Shown: positions 57,865 through 58,664 of the stretch, piece by piece | Position numbering within the stretch: the first letter of the stretch is position 1 | Layout of the letters: each line of letters opens with the position of its first letter | Virus record (IMG/VR): IMGVR_UViG_3300025096_000019 | Location: 1-58,664 of that record | Origin: a virus | Taxonomy: Duplodnaviria; Caudoviricetes | Length of the DNA: 58,664 nt | Strand: one strand, 5' to 3' | Notes under the pieces: generated by a model | Told to the model about the DNA's origin: nothing | The model's input: the letters and a program-made list of their open reading frames with translations, nothing else | Database searches by the model: none | Made by a program: the position numbers and the translations under genes

Positions 57865-57867
57865 TGA

Positions 57868-58059
57868 TCATCGTGTGTAGTGAGTGGTGACTGACACGAT
57901 GGGGTGACCTGAGTAATTCGGTCTGAAGATCATGGGGTCGAATGCCTTGGCGATCCGATCAAAGAAGATGTAGGATGTGTCTTCCCATTTCTTGTATGCA
58001 TTCCATTTCTTGTTAGGCATGAAGTGCGGGGAGTTGATGCGATTGGATTGAGGATTCAT
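57868..58059 (-). CDS. Hypothetical protein (63 aa)
   Basis: Start moved to ATG 58059 (MNPQS) to avoid overlap with the upstream ORF. Confidence 0.5.
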   Translation of the reverse strand: MNPQSNRINSPHFMPNKKWNAYKKWEDTSYIFFDRIAKAFDPMIFRPNYSGHPIVSVTTHYTR

Positions 58060-58096
58060 TTGATTGAGGGTGATGGGTTGGGTTTGAGTGCTGGAA

Positions 58097-58351
58097 TCAG
58101 TCGTGTAATTCATCCAACATTTCGTCCATCTCCTCATGATCGATTTTAGGATCATCCCAACGAACACCATCAAAAGTGAATTCACATCCTACCACATTCA
58201 TGAATTCTTGGTAAGAGGTGCAGTCATAAGCAAGGTCCAAAAGTCCTACGGTGTTGTTGATCCAGAGTGACGCATTCCAGGTTTCATAATTTGCCCATCC
58301 GTTGTATCCTTCCCAAGTTGGTTTGGTGTCAGTCATCGGAGTTGCGGTCAT
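58097..58351 (-). CDS. Conserved phage early hypothetical protein
   Basis: YNGWANYETWNASLWINN and TFDGVRW motifs, a family common in phage early regions. Confidence 0.8.
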   Translation of the reverse strand: MTATPMTDTKPTWEGYNGWANYETWNASLWINNTVGLLDLAYDCTSYQEFMNVVGCEFTFDGVRWDDPKIDHEEMDEMLDELHD

Positions 58352-58377
58352 GGAGTCTGAATCGTTTGAACTTTCTT

Positions 58378-58420
58378 AGTATAAGGCATGGTGGCACGAA
58401 TGGGGGTGGAATGTTAGAAA
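58378..58420 (-). promoter_or_regulatory. Possible early promoter
   Basis: TATACT -10 at about 58378-58383; imperfect TGTAA...TAACA inverted repeat upstream. Confidence 0.35.
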
Positions 58421-58423
58421 GCG

Positions 58424-58663
58424 TTACACACGGGCAAACCTGCTATTGGCAAAGTTTGCATGACTGAACACCTCACGGTCTACCAATTTCCAGGATTCCT
58501 TCTGAGAGTGCATCACGTACCCTTCGGCATCGATGTGCTTTTCTCCGATGTATGCTGCAGGTCCGCCTGACTGATAGGTTAAGAATAGGGCATCGTCCTT
58601 AATGCTCTTGACCAACTTCCAAAAATTGATCAGGTTTGGATTATCCCATTCCAGGTGATCAAT
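58424..58663 (-). CDS. C-terminal part of a ligase/nucleotidyltransferase-like hypothetical protein (starts beyond window)
   Basis: Frame is open to the window edge (IDHLEWDNPNLINFWKLVK...). EGYV and KLVDREVFS resemble motifs IV and V of covalent nucleotidyltransferases. Confidence 0.65.
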   Translation of the reverse strand: MDHLEWDNPNLINFWKLVKSIKDDALFLTYQSGGPAAYIGEKHIDAEGYVMHSQKESWKLVDREVFSHANFANSRFARV

Positions 58664-58664
58664 T

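Noticed and set aside
247-58467. Plus-strand ORFs in the track (60-138 aa)
   Set aside because: They lie antisense to well-supported minus-strand genes and show no recognisable motifs.
1-58664. tRNA genes, CRISPR arrays, DGR template/variable repeats, reverse transcriptase, stop-codon recoding
   Set aside because: Intergenic gaps are short, and by eye I saw no cloverleaf, spaced repeat, long near-identical nucleotide repeat or RT. TAA, TAG and TGA all act as stops.

Overview
A 58.7-kb segment of a T4-like marine cyanomyovirus genome (Kyanoviridae-type). The AT-rich sequence and pebS point to a Prochlorococcus-like host, which is an inference. Essentially all genes are on the minus strand. 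Read in the direction of transcription (right to left), the window holds: the end of a more GC-rich early region with small ORFs and a structured non-coding segment (57.5-58.7 kb); an AbrB-like gene and a glycosyltransferase-like gene; the late structural block (gp25, gp6, a 4492-aa gp7, gp8, a VrlC-like protein, a fibre, gp13-gp23, gp3); uvsY/uvsW; gp55, gp47, gp46; a metallopeptidase-VWA + CobS-like AAA+ pair; pebS; gp45, gp44; a cytidylyltransferase; and pyrE. The most striking observation is a phycobiliprotein-like (globin-fold) domain inside baseplate protein gp7. It keeps cysteines at the positions equivalent to two bilin-attachment sites of the phycocyanin beta-chain, and the same phage encodes phycoerythrobilin synthase. 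Other notable items are a G-[IVL]-[GST]-T motif concentrated in virion proteins, nested domain insertions, bidirectional/antisense promoters and a candidate structured RNA. All family assignments come from motif recognition by eye; no searches were run.
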